Source of the DNA: an uncultured Candidatus Saccharibacteria bacterium | Lineage (GTDB): Bacteria; Patescibacteriota; Minisyncoccia; Minisyncoccales; CAYVNG01 | Reading direction: 5' to 3' | DNA length: 64,000 nt | NCBI GenBank assembly: GCA_964452875.1 | Contig: CAYVNG010000001.1 | Location: forward strand, 2,786 to 66,785 | Part shown: positions 18,874 to 27,242 of the stretch, piece after piece | Numbering within the stretch: the stretch's first letter is position 1 | How the letters are laid out: each line of letters begins with the position of its first letter | Position numbers and translations under genes: made by a program | The notes under the pieces: generated by a model | Told to the model about the DNA's origin: nothing | Databases searched by the model: none | The model's input: only the letters and a program-made list of their open reading frames with translations

Positions 18874-20001
18874 ATGAAGACAGGCGTTGCCACAGTCCCT
18901 TTGGATTACGGAAGGTGCCCCAGGTGGCTTTTTGAAAGGATGAAAAGGCTTTCCAAAGGCATAACCACGGCCATTGTTGAGGAGTTCGGCCCGGAAGAAT
19001 TCCTGAAAAGAATGTCTGATCCTGTATGGTTCCAATCTTTCGGATGCGTCCTGGGTTTCGACTGGAACAGCAGCGGGCTTACCGTCACCACTTTGGGAGC
19101 CTTGAAAGCCGGACTTTTCGAGGTGCAGGACCATCTCGGCCTTTACGTCTGCGGAGGCAAAAGGACTTCAAGAGAGACCCCGACGGAGATTGAAGCTTAT
19201 GGGATATCCAGGCATTTCTCTTTCGCCCCGGACCTGATATATGCCTCAAAGATGGCGGCTAAAGTGGATTCCTCCTTGATACAGGATAATTACCAGATTT
19301 ATCAGCATAATTTCCTGTTCACCAAGTCCGGCAGCTGGGCGGTCATACAGCAGGGAATGAACACGGAAAACCAAACAGCGAGGCGCTATCACTGGCTTTC
19401 AGAGTCCCTTTCCAAGAAAAAAGAATTCATCGAAGAGCCCCATGCAGGCATCATATCCGGGGCCAGGGCTAGGCCGTTGAATCTGGTCGCCAAGGAAAGC
19501 GCAAAGAACAGGGAAGTGAGCGAGAAGATGGCGACCGAGGAAGCAGGCTCCTTTTTGAAAAACTTAAAGCTCATCCAGACCAAAAAGGAAAACAACCTCG
19601 TATCAATGAAACTCTACGATAAGGAGTTCTACTGGCATCCGGTCGTGGAAGAGAAGTTCGACCTGAAGCGTTTGGAAAGAACGGTTTTTTCCATAAAAGA
19701 AAGCGATCCCAAAGGATTCGAGGAGCTTTTGAGTCTTAAAGGAGTCGGCCCCAAGACCATAAGGGCCCTTTCCCTGGTTTCTGAACTGGTTTACGGAGCA
19801 ATCCCTTCGTACAAAGATCCGGCTAGATACAGCTTCGCCCACGGAGGCAAGGACGGCACCCCTTATCTCCCGGATCAGAAAGAAATGGACAAGACTATAG
19901 AGATTCTCGAAAGGGGGATAAAAAAGAGCCTGATTTCCATTAAAGAGAAGGAAGAGGCTGGAAAAAGGATCAGAAAAACCTTTTTATTGGAAAAGCCTTA
20001 A
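18874..20001 (+). CDS. DUF763-like protein with C-terminal helix-hairpin-helix
   Basis: N-terminus LDYGRCPRWLFERMKRL...WFQSFGCVLGFDWNSSGLTVTT recalled as the DUF763 signature; C-terminal HhH LKGVGPKTIRAL. Stop overlaps the Elp3 stop (TTAA). Confidence 0.5.
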   Translation: MKTGVATVPLDYGRCPRWLFERMKRLSKGITTAIVEEFGPEEFLKRMSDPVWFQSFGCVLGFDWNSSGLTVTTLGALKAGLFEVQDHLGLYVCGGKRTSRETPTEIEAYGISRHFSFAPDLIYASKMAAKVDSSLIQDNYQIYQHNFLFTKSGSWAVIQQGMNTENQTARRYHWLSESLSKKKEFIEEPHAGIISGARARPLNLVAKESAKNREVSEKMATEEAGSFLKNLKLIQTKKENNLVSMKLYDKEFYWHPVVEEKFDLKRLERTVFSIKESDPKGFEELLSLKGVGPKTIRALSLVSELVYGAIPSYKDPARYSFAHGGKDGTPYLPDQKEMDKTIEILERGIKKSLISIKEKEEAGKRIRKTFLLEKP

Positions 20002-21563
20002 TTGTCCAGGTTTTTAACCATGTAAGTGTCTCTCAAGTCGTATCCGAGTTTTCTGTAATATCCCCTTACGCCGATGCCGGATATGACGGCTATTTTTTTC
20101 GCCTTGAATTCTTTCTCGGCTATTTTTTCAGCTTCTTCCATCAGTCTTTTGCCGAGCCCGGTATGCTGGGGGGAATTTTTGTTCCTTTCTTTTTTTATCT
20201 CCTGGAGCTGGCCGTAAGTGTGTAATTCTCTTATCAAAGCAGCGCCATCGAGAATTTTGGAAACAGGATATTTGCTTTGCTTTCTCAAACGGAGAAGGCT
20301 GTAAAGCCTTTTCCGCTTTCTATCTTCCATAGTCAAAAAAACCTCCTTGCCGTTCGAAGCCGTGAAATCCTTTCTGAAAAGAAAAACCTTTTCATCAGAT
20401 TCGTAGGCCGACCTCACCTCCCTGCACCTTATGCATTTGCAGCTCCATTTTTCGTTTTTGATCTCCCTTCCGACCACCTGGCGGAGATTGGAGATGCGGG
20501 CCGGCCCGGCAGCTATGCTGCAAGAAGGGATGTCTCTTATAATCCTTTGGATTCTTACATAATATGGAACGATTTTTTTGATGCTTTTGATAAGATCTAT
20601 GGCCTGGCGGTCCGTGTAAACTTCATACTTTCCTTTTTTCCACCATTTGTGCAGCAAGGAGTTTTTCAAGATTGCAGTCGGATATATTTTCAGCCAGTCT
20701 GGCCTGAACCTTTGGTCAAGAAAGAGAACTTTGAACATCTTCACGTCCTTTTTAAGGTCAGATCCCGGAAGATTGGGCATCATCTGGTAGCAGACTTTGA
20801 ATCCCGTATTCTTGAGAAGCTCGGTGGCAAGGATCGTTTCTTCCACTTTATGACCCCTTTTGTTAATTTTCAAGACATCGTCAAAAAGGCTTTGGACTCC
20901 CAGCTCGACTCCTGTGATGCCGAGGCGTCTCAATCTTGTTATCTCTTCTTTCGTCACAAAATCCGGTCTGGTTTCGACCGATATCCCGATTATCCTGCTG
21001 CAGGATTTTTCGTTCTTTTTTTGAGCTATAAAGAGATTTTTTGAGAAAGACTTATTACAGGCGTCAAAGCATCTTTTAACGAACCAGGACTGATAATTTT
21101 TCGGATAAAAACTCCAGGTGCCTCCGATTATTCTCAGATCGATTTTATCTATAGGATGGCCTCCTTCCTTAAGAGCTTTCAATCTCATTTCGGTTTGTTT
21201 GAAAGGGTCGTATTTGTTCGAAACGGCCCTCATCACCGCAGGCTCGTTCTTAAGGTAGCTTTTGGGGGCCCCTTTTTCTGAAGGGCAATAAACGCATTTT
21301 CCAGGGCAAGGATAGGGCTTTGTCAGTACGGAAACGTTGACTATCCCTGAAAGTGACCTTATCGGCCTCACCCTCAAAAGGCGTTCGATTCTCAAGGACC
21401 TTTTGACCCTGGTTGTTTCGTGATAAGCTTTTAATAGCTCGCGGTTTGAAGGGCAGGGGATGCCGTATCTCTTGGCCGTTTCCCTTTTTATCCTAGCCAA
21501 ATCAGCCGGAGTTTTCGCTCCGGATCCATTTAATCTTTCGACTATTTTTTTCAATGCTTCCAT
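19998..21563 (-). CDS. elp3: Elongator Elp3 homolog (radical-SAM plus GNAT tRNA U34 carboxymethylation enzyme)
   Basis: Radical SAM CPGKCVYCP (Cx4Cx2C); Elp3-type central region; C-terminal GNAT acetyl-CoA motif (HTGLGKRLMEEAEKIAEKE...GIGVRGYYRKLGY). Confidence 0.85.
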   Translation of the reverse strand: MEALKKIVERLNGSGAKTPADLARIKRETAKRYGIPCPSNRELLKAYHETTRVKRSLRIERLLRVRPIRSLSGIVNVSVLTKPYPCPGKCVYCPSEKGAPKSYLKNEPAVMRAVSNKYDPFKQTEMRLKALKEGGHPIDKIDLRIIGGTWSFYPKNYQSWFVKRCFDACNKSFSKNLFIAQKKNEKSCSRIIGISVETRPDFVTKEEITRLRRLGITGVELGVQSLFDDVLKINKRGHKVEETILATELLKNTGFKVCYQMMPNLPGSDLKKDVKMFKVLFLDQRFRPDWLKIYPTAILKNSLLHKWWKKGKYEVYTDRQAIDLIKSIKKIVPYYVRIQRIIRDIPSCSIAAGPARISNLRQVVGREIKNEKWSCKCIRCREVRSAYESDEKVFLFRKDFTASNGKEVFLTMEDRKRKRLYSLLRLRKQSKYPVSKILDGAALIRELHTYGQLQEIKKERNKNSPQHTGLGKRLMEEAEKIAEKEFKAKKIAVISGIGVRGYYRKLGYDLRDTYMVKNLDN

Positions 21564-22320
21564 GAAAGAAAAAAGGGCCGAACAATTGCTAAAAGAGATT
21601 ACAGACTATTATAACCTGGAGGCAGATGAATTTTCAAGGACCAGGAAAGAACCCTGGCCAGAAATTGAATTTTTGTTCGACAGTCTCAACCTCGGGGAAA
21701 AGGTCTTGGATTTAGGTTGCGGCAACGGAAGATTCTTCCGTTTTTTCAAAAAAAGAAAGGTTGACTATTTTGGGACGGATGCTTCCCCTAAATTGGTTGA
21801 AATAGCAAAAAGGGAAAATCCTGGAGCAAGGTTTGAAACGGCAGACGCTTTGAATCTTCCCTTTCCGGGCAACAATTTCGATAAAATCTACAGCATCGCT
21901 GTTCTCCATCATATTCCATCATACGGTTTAAGGATGAAATTTTTGAAGGAGGCGGAAAGAGTGCTGAAACCCGGAGGCATTCTTGTATTAACCTGTTGGA
22001 AATTGCCGTTCAGGAAAATGGTTTTCTTGAATTTAAAATCATTGTTATCTAAAATATTTAAAAGGGAGGATATGGACAAGGGAGACGTCTTCGTTCCATG
22101 GCGGAAGAAGGCAAGAAGGTATTATCATATTTTTTCCGAAAAGGAATTGGGAAAAATTGTTAAAGAATCAAGGTTTACAATAGAAAAGTCTGGAATCGTC
22201 AAAAACGAAAAAAGGAACAGGCAGAATTTTTATATCGTTGCAAAGAAACAGCCCTCTGACTATTTGCCAGAGGGCTTGCGGGGCGAAATGGGACGAACTA
22301 CTTCCTCGATATTGAGATAA
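21562..22320 (+). CDS. Trm9/ALKBH8-type tRNA (mcm5U34) methyltransferase-like class I SAM methyltransferase
   Basis: Blocks recalled from yeast Trm9: EFSRTRKEPWPEIEFL (FSQTRYKPWPIV), VLDLGCGNGRF (GIDVGCGNGKY), SIAVLHHIPSY...VLKPGGILVLTCW (SIAVVHHWST...LRQGGQALIYCW), DVFVPWRKK...RYYHIFSEKEL (DVFVPW...YRYYHLYREGEL). Start ATG overlaps the Elp3 start on the opposite strand. Confidence 0.8.
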   Translation: MKEKRAEQLLKEITDYYNLEADEFSRTRKEPWPEIEFLFDSLNLGEKVLDLGCGNGRFFRFFKKRKVDYFGTDASPKLVEIAKRENPGARFETADALNLPFPGNNFDKIYSIAVLHHIPSYGLRMKFLKEAERVLKPGGILVLTCWKLPFRKMVFLNLKSLLSKIFKREDMDKGDVFVPWRKKARRYYHIFSEKELGKIVKESRFTIEKSGIVKNEKRNRQNFYIVAKKQPSDYLPEGLRGEMGRTTSSILR

Positions 22321-22583
22321 GAGCTCAAGGGTGGGATTCTCGTCCTGGGACATATTTTTTCGAGAAGTTTCTTCAGAGCCTTGAAGGCTTGGCGTTCTGA
22401 AGAAGCTGTGACATACTTTTCCTTGATCTCAGGTATCCCAGGAAGGCACCCTTTTATCAGGAAGAGTTTCTTTGGTTTTCTATTTTTCGTTACCAACTTT
22501 TACCTCCTTTTGATATTATACCAATAAAAAGCATTTTAGTCAAGTTAAAACGCTTCTTTATCTTTTCTCTTTAAATTGGTAAA

Positions 22584-23132
22584 ATGAATGTAATGAAATA
22601 TAAAATCGCAGTAAGCGGAGCTTCGAAGCTCAACACCTGTTCAAAAGGAATAGAAAAGCTGGCTGAGAATCTGGGGAGGGAAATAGCCAAAAGCGGGTCT
22701 GTCCTGATAACCGGAGCCACGACCGGAGTCCCTTATTATTCGGCCAAGGGCTGTAAGGAAGCAGGAGGGATAAGCATCGGATTCTCTCCCGCCGCCTCCC
22801 TCAAGGCCCACCAGAAGACATACAAGCTCCCTATAGATCAGTTCGACGTGATAGTCTTCACCGGATTCGACTACAGCGGAAGAAACCTTCTGATGACCAG
22901 GGCGGCCGACGCAGTGATCATCTGCTGCGGCAGGATGGGGACGCTGAACGAATTTACCATCGCATTCGAGGATAAAAAGCCGATAGGGATTTTGGAAGGA
23001 TCTGGAGGGACGGCAGATTCCATAAAGGATCTTTTGAGCAAACCGCATAGGAAGGCGGCTAAGATAGTTTATGACAGAGACCCCAAAAGGCTCGTTCAAA
23101 AACTGCTGGAGGTAGTTAAAAAAGGTCGTTAA
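22584..23132 (+). CDS. TIGR00725/LOG-like (SLOG Rossmann) protein
   Basis: IAVSGASK...VLITGATTGVPYYSAKGCKEAGGISIGF...ADAVIICCGRMGTLNEF matches the TIGR00725 layout (GGxxGVM, GGxxIGI, ADAVIAxxGGxGTLSE). Confidence 0.55.
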   Translation: MNVMKYKIAVSGASKLNTCSKGIEKLAENLGREIAKSGSVLITGATTGVPYYSAKGCKEAGGISIGFSPAASLKAHQKTYKLPIDQFDVIVFTGFDYSGRNLLMTRAADAVIICCGRMGTLNEFTIAFEDKKPIGILEGSGGTADSIKDLLSKPHRKAAKIVYDRDPKRLVQKLLEVVKKGR

Positions 23133-23151
23133 ACCATTTCAGTAAAATTTT

Positions 23152-23409
23152 ATGCCGGACAAAAAAGAAAAATTAGTCGGCGAAATAACCCATTACTTCG
23201 GGAATATAGGAGTGGCAGTGATAAAGGCCTCAGACAAGATCAAAGTGGGGGACACCATCCATGTGGTTGGGGGAGATGCTGATTTTACCCAGGAAGTGGA
23301 TTCCATGGAAGTTGACCACCAGAAGGTGAAGGAAGCCAAGAAAGGAGCGGAATTCGGGCTGAAGATCGACCAAAAAGTGAGGGAAGGATACCAGGTTTAC
23401 AAGCCCTGA
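23152..23409 (+). CDS. EF-Tu domain-2-like small beta-barrel protein
   Basis: 85 aa; GEITHYFGNIGVAVIKASDKIKVGDTIHV...EVDHQKVKEAKKGAEFGLKID..VREGYQVYK resembles the translation-factor-like small protein family. Confidence 0.5.
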   Translation: MPDKKEKLVGEITHYFGNIGVAVIKASDKIKVGDTIHVVGGDADFTQEVDSMEVDHQKVKEAKKGAEFGLKIDQKVREGYQVYKP

Positions 23410-23432
23410 TTTTCGGTTGCAAAAGATAGGCG

Positions 23433-23466
23433 TTTTCCGGCAGGTCGCTGCCTGCGATCTTTTTTC
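23433..23466 (+). terminator. candidate terminator
   Basis: gcagg-tcgctg-cctgc hairpin followed by gatcTTTTTT. Confidence 0.4.
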
Positions 23467-23498
23467 TGCAGAATGATTGGAAAAATTTCGTAAAAGCC

Positions 23499-24221
23499 TT
23501 GATTATGGTTTTTTTTAAACTTTTACAAACATTTTCGTTTCCCACGGTTTTCCTTTTCCTTATCCTCCTTTCGGGTCTTTTGCTGTCCAAAAGGAAAGCG
23601 GGCATGGTCCTGCTTATTGTCGGAACGGCTTTTTACCTTTTCTTTTCCGTTACCCCGTCCGCCGACCTTCTGATCCGCCCTCTTGAGAACAGATATGAGG
23701 AACAGGACGCCCAGGAAGCGGAATACATCGTTCTCCTGACAGGAGGGATGGAAAACAGCAAGACCGCTTTAGGGGAAAGCACAATATTCCGGGTCGTAAA
23801 AGCGTTCCAATTGTATTCAAACTTCAGCGACAAGCCTTACATCATAGTCTCCGGGGACGATCCGACCCTTTCTTTCTCTTCAGCCAGCGAAATAGCCGGC
23901 TTTCTTGGATCTTTGGGAGTGGAGGAAGAAAGGATAATCGTTGAATCTGAATCAAAAACGACTTTTCAATCGGCCAAGGAAGTGAAAGATATCGTCCGAG
24001 AAAAGAAATTCGCTTTGGTTACTTCTGCCTATCACATGCCCAGGGCGGTGTACTCCTTTGAAAAATATGGGTTGCAGCCGTTTCCCGTTCCATCAGACTT
24101 CAAGGCGGAAAAAGATTACAGTATTTTTGATTTTTTCCCCCAGGCGGACAATCTCAGAAAGTGCAATCTGGCCTTTCACGAATATCTGGGGCTGATATAT
24201 TATTCTTTTAAAAAACCATGA
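23499..24221 (+). CDS. DUF218 (YdcF/SanA/ElyC) family membrane protein
   Basis: N-terminal TM helices; core YIVLLTGG...IIVSGDD...LVTSAYHMPRAVYSF (HMxRA motif). Confidence 0.7.
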   Translation: MIMVFFKLLQTFSFPTVFLFLILLSGLLLSKRKAGMVLLIVGTAFYLFFSVTPSADLLIRPLENRYEEQDAQEAEYIVLLTGGMENSKTALGESTIFRVVKAFQLYSNFSDKPYIIVSGDDPTLSFSSASEIAGFLGSLGVEEERIIVESESKTTFQSAKEVKDIVREKKFALVTSAYHMPRAVYSFEKYGLQPFPVPSDFKAEKDYSIFDFFPQADNLRKCNLAFHEYLGLIYYSFKKP

Positions 24222-24313
24222 CAAAATTAGACGTCATTATAATCGTTTCGGTCTTCGTCCTGATAATCTGGTATCTAGCGACAAACCTGCCGGACATCGT
24301 AAAAGGTTTTTAA
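24218..24313 (+). CDS. possible 31-aa single-TM micropeptide
   Basis: MTKLDVIIIVSVFVLIIWYLATNLPDIVKGF. ATG overlaps the DUF218 stop (ATGA), and its TAA lies 1 nt before the EndoQ ATG. Confidence 0.3.
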   Translation: MTKLDVIIIVSVFVLIIWYLATNLPDIVKGF

Positions 24314-24314
24314 G

Positions 24315-25562
24315 ATGAAGATCGTCTGCGATTTCCATATTCATTCCAAGTATTCCAGGGCCACCAGTAAAGAAACGGATCTGGAGCATCTGGCTTGTTC
24401 AGCCAAACGTAAAGGGATAGACGTTTTAGGTACTGGGGATTTTTCCCATCCCGAATGGTTCAGATACCTCAAAGAAAGCCTGGAGCCGGATCAGGAAGGA
24501 CTTTTCAAGATGAAAAAACAGGATAACGGCATAAGGTTCATTCTTACCAACGAGATAAGTTGTATTTATTCCAAAGACGGCAAAGTGAGAAAAATCCATG
24601 TTCTTATTCTTGCTCCTTCGTTTGAAACCGCAGAAAAAATCAATGTAAGACTCGGACTGATAGGGAATCTCAAATCTGACGGAAGGCCGATACTCGGGCT
24701 TGACGCCAAGGAACTGGCCAAAATAGTCTTGGAAGCTTCCGAAGATTGTCTGGTCGTTCCCGCACACGCCTGGACTCCCTGGTTCGGGATATTCGGGTCG
24801 AAGTCAGGGTTCGACTCCATAGAAGAGTGCTTTGAAGAGTATTCGGACCGCATATATGCCATTGAAACAGGGCTCTCTTCAGATCCTTCGATGAACTGGA
24901 GGCTGAAAGCGCTGGACAGCGTCAGCTTGATAAGCAACTCCGACGCACACAGCCCGGGGAAGATCGGCAGGGAAGCCAATGTTTTCGATATTGGTCTCAG
25001 CTATCCTGCGATTATAGGAGCGATCAAGGAGAAAAATCCTGAAAGGTTTCTCTATACCATCGAATTTTATCCTGAAGAAGGGAAATATCATTATGACGGC
25101 CACAGGAATTGCGGAGTTTCCCTTTCCCCGGCAGAATCCAGAAAGAGCAACGGCGCCTGCCCTGTCTGCGGAAAGCCTTTGACTGTAGGGGTTTTGAGCA
25201 GGGTGGAGCAGTTGGCAGACAGACAGGAAGGATTCAAGCCGGAAAACGCCGTCCCTTTCAAGAGCCTGATACCTTTAGAGGAAATTATAACTGAAGCCAT
25301 GGGGAACGCTTCTTTGACTAAAGCAGGGGCGAAAGAATATGAGAATCTTATCGGCAAGTTCGGCTCCTCTTTAAAAATACTTTTGGACGCTTCCAGGAAA
25401 GATTTGGAAGCAGAAACCGCTCCTGAAATCGCGGAAGCGATAATAAGGGCCAGGCAGGGGGATGTCCTTATCGAGCCTGGGTATGACGGGGTCTTCGGCA
25501 GGATCAGGATTTTTCCTGCTGAAAAACCAGGACCCGGCCTGAAACAAAAAACTTTATTCTGA
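24315..25562 (+). CDS. endonuclease Q (EndoQ, TIGR00375) homolog: PHP-domain nuclease with Zn finger
   Basis: Blocks recalled from Pyrococcus EndoQ: DFHIHSKYSRATSK, GTGDFSHPEW, FILTNEIS, PAHAWTPWFG, ISNSDAHSPGKIGREANVFD, GKYHYDGHRNC, CPVCGKPL, GYDGVFGRIRIF. Confidence 0.75.
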   Translation: MKIVCDFHIHSKYSRATSKETDLEHLACSAKRKGIDVLGTGDFSHPEWFRYLKESLEPDQEGLFKMKKQDNGIRFILTNEISCIYSKDGKVRKIHVLILAPSFETAEKINVRLGLIGNLKSDGRPILGLDAKELAKIVLEASEDCLVVPAHAWTPWFGIFGSKSGFDSIEECFEEYSDRIYAIETGLSSDPSMNWRLKALDSVSLISNSDAHSPGKIGREANVFDIGLSYPAIIGAIKEKNPERFLYTIEFYPEEGKYHYDGHRNCGVSLSPAESRKSNGACPVCGKPLTVGVLSRVEQLADRQEGFKPENAVPFKSLIPLEEIITEAMGNASLTKAGAKEYENLIGKFGSSLKILLDASRKDLEAETAPEIAEAIIRARQGDVLIEPGYDGVFGRIRIFPAEKPGPGLKQKTLF

Positions 25563-25567
25563 ATAGA

Positions 25568-25930
25568 ATGATAGACGAATATTTTTTCGGCTCGATCGTC
25601 ATAAACGGCAATCATTATTCAAAAGACGTCGAAGTGAGATGGGACGGCGAAGTTTTTGACTGGCAAAGGGAAGAGAGCCATGTTTTCAGCCTCAAAGACG
25701 TAGAAAGGGCAGTGGATCAGGATCCAGAGCTTATAGTCATGGGGACAGGGGAATCCGGGATGGCGAAGCTGACCGAAGAATGCAGGGATTTCATAACAGA
25801 GAGGGGGATTGAACTTGTTACTGATAGGACAGGGGAAGCAGTTAAGACTTTCAATATAATACTCCAGGATTCCATGGAAGAGGAAGGGAAGCAGAAAAAG
25901 GTAATCGGGCTTTTCCATCTTACCTGCTGA
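25568..25930 (+). CDS. Mth938-like (DUF498) domain protein
   Basis: 120 aa; ELIVMGTGESG...LTEECRDFITERGIELV pattern of the Mth938 fold. Confidence 0.5.
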   Translation: MIDEYFFGSIVINGNHYSKDVEVRWDGEVFDWQREESHVFSLKDVERAVDQDPELIVMGTGESGMAKLTEECRDFITERGIELVTDRTGEAVKTFNIILQDSMEEEGKQKKVIGLFHLTC

Positions 25931-25939
25931 GAAAGCAAA

Positions 25940-25966
25940 AATCCGGATTTTCTCCGGATTTATGCC
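25940..25966 (+). terminator. candidate terminator after the Mth938-like gene
   Basis: aatccgga-ttttc-tccggatt hairpin; the downstream T-tract is weak (tatgcc). Confidence 0.35.
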
Positions 25967-26204
25967 GATTGTCTCGTCTCCATTCTTATGAGAATCTTTT
26001 AGACACTGAGGCCTTTATCCCCTAAATATTTGAAAGAACAAAAAAACAGGGGGCCTGCAAGGAGGTTAGCAGGCAAGACTCTCATAAGAATAAAGACGTT
26101 TATCTGAAAGAGCTTAGACATGATATTATACATCATTGATTCATTTTTGTCAACATAAAGATGGCTTTACTGGCCGAAAAAATAAGGATATACTGGAAAA
26201 TAGC

Positions 26205-27242
26205 ATGAAAAAAGTTCTGCTTTTTTTTATATCATTGGTTATCGGCACCCTGCTTTTGTTGGCAGTCGTCCAGAAAACAGGCTGGGAAGAAGTGAAATCC
26301 GTCTTTCTGTCTTTTTCCGGCTGGGACGGGCTTATAATCCTGGGGTTGAGCTTTTTGATGTTGGTGGTCGGGAATTTGAGGTGGCAGGAAGTCCTGAAAG
26401 GGCAGGGGATAAACATACCCTTTCTCCCTTTGTTTAGGATTTACCTTGCCGGATTCTCGGTCATGTTCCTGGCCCCCGTCGTTCTTTTCGGAGGGGAAAC
26501 TTTGAAAGCATATCTCATAAAAAAGAAATATTCATTGAGTTGGGATCAGGGAGTAGCTTCGGTGGTGGTAGACAGGATGATAGAGCTCACTGTTTACGTG
26601 TTTCTTATCCTGATCGGGGTGGTATATTTCGTTTTTTCAACCGGATTCCATTTTTCCGGTTTCAATTTGGCATTAGGATCGGTTTTGGCTCTTTTCATTG
26701 CCGGCATCTTCCTGTTCTATTCTAAATGTTTCAAAAAGCAGAGCATTCTGAAATTTTTCGTCGGCCTTTTCAAACCAGAGGCTGACGACGGCAAGCCTTT
26801 CGAATTGGAAATGGAATTTTTCAAAATACTCAAGCCGACAGGGAGGTTATTCTGGAAAGTGGTCGCCCTTTCCTTCCTGCGCTGCGGAGTGATGCTGGCC
26901 AGGGTATGGGTCTTGCTCTTTTTCCTCGGCAAGACGCTAGGCCTGCTGCCCGCCCTTTCAGTCCTCAGTTTCTCGTATTTCGCCTTGATGGTTCCTGTTC
27001 CGACCGCTCTCGGAGTGCACGAAACTTTCCAGGCTCTCGTTTTTTCAGTCCTGGGGATAGGCTCTTTCATGGCCCCGGCTTTCGCCATGATTATCAGGGC
27101 GGGAGACCTTCTCATGTCTCTGATCGGATTGGTCCTGCTTTTCCATTTCGGATTCAGCCTGGCCAAGGATGTTCTGTTCAAAAAAATAGAGGCTTTCGCC
27201 AACTACAGCAACGGAAAAAACCACAAAAACGGGCAAGTATGA
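26205..27242 (+). CDS. flippase-like / lysylphosphatidylglycerol-synthase-TM-like (UPF0104) integral membrane protein
   Basis: Eight or more TM helices; MKKVLLFFISLVIGTLLLLAVVQKTGWEEV start typical of the TIGR00374 family. Start placed at the internal ATG 26205. Confidence 0.55.
   Translation: MKKVLLFFISLVIGTLLLLAVVQKTGWEEVKSVFLSFSGWDGLIILGLSFLMLVVGNLRWQEVLKGQGINIPFLPLFRIYLAGFSVMFLAPVVLFGGETLKAYLIKKKYSLSWDQGVASVVVDRMIELTVYVFLILIGVVYFVFSTGFHFSGFNLALGSVLALFIAGIFLFYSKCFKKQSILKFFVGLFKPEADDGKPFELEMEFFKILKPTGRLFWKVVALSFLRCGVMLARVWVLLFFLGKTLGLLPALSVLSFSYFALMVPVPTALGVHETFQALVFSVLGIGSFMAPAFAMIIRAGDLLMSLIGLVLLFHFGFSLAKDVLFKKIEAFANYSNGKNHKNGQV

Noticed and set aside
22260-22496. 78-aa basic minus-strand ORF (MVTKNRKPKKLFLIKGCLPGIPEIKEKYV...) overlapping the 3' end of the Trm9-like gene
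   Set aside because: No recognisable family; 60 nt of it is antisense to a well-supported gene. It could be real (the 22.32-22.58 kb gap is otherwise empty), but the evidence is insufficient. It is not Trm112-like, as the CPxC...C pattern is absent.
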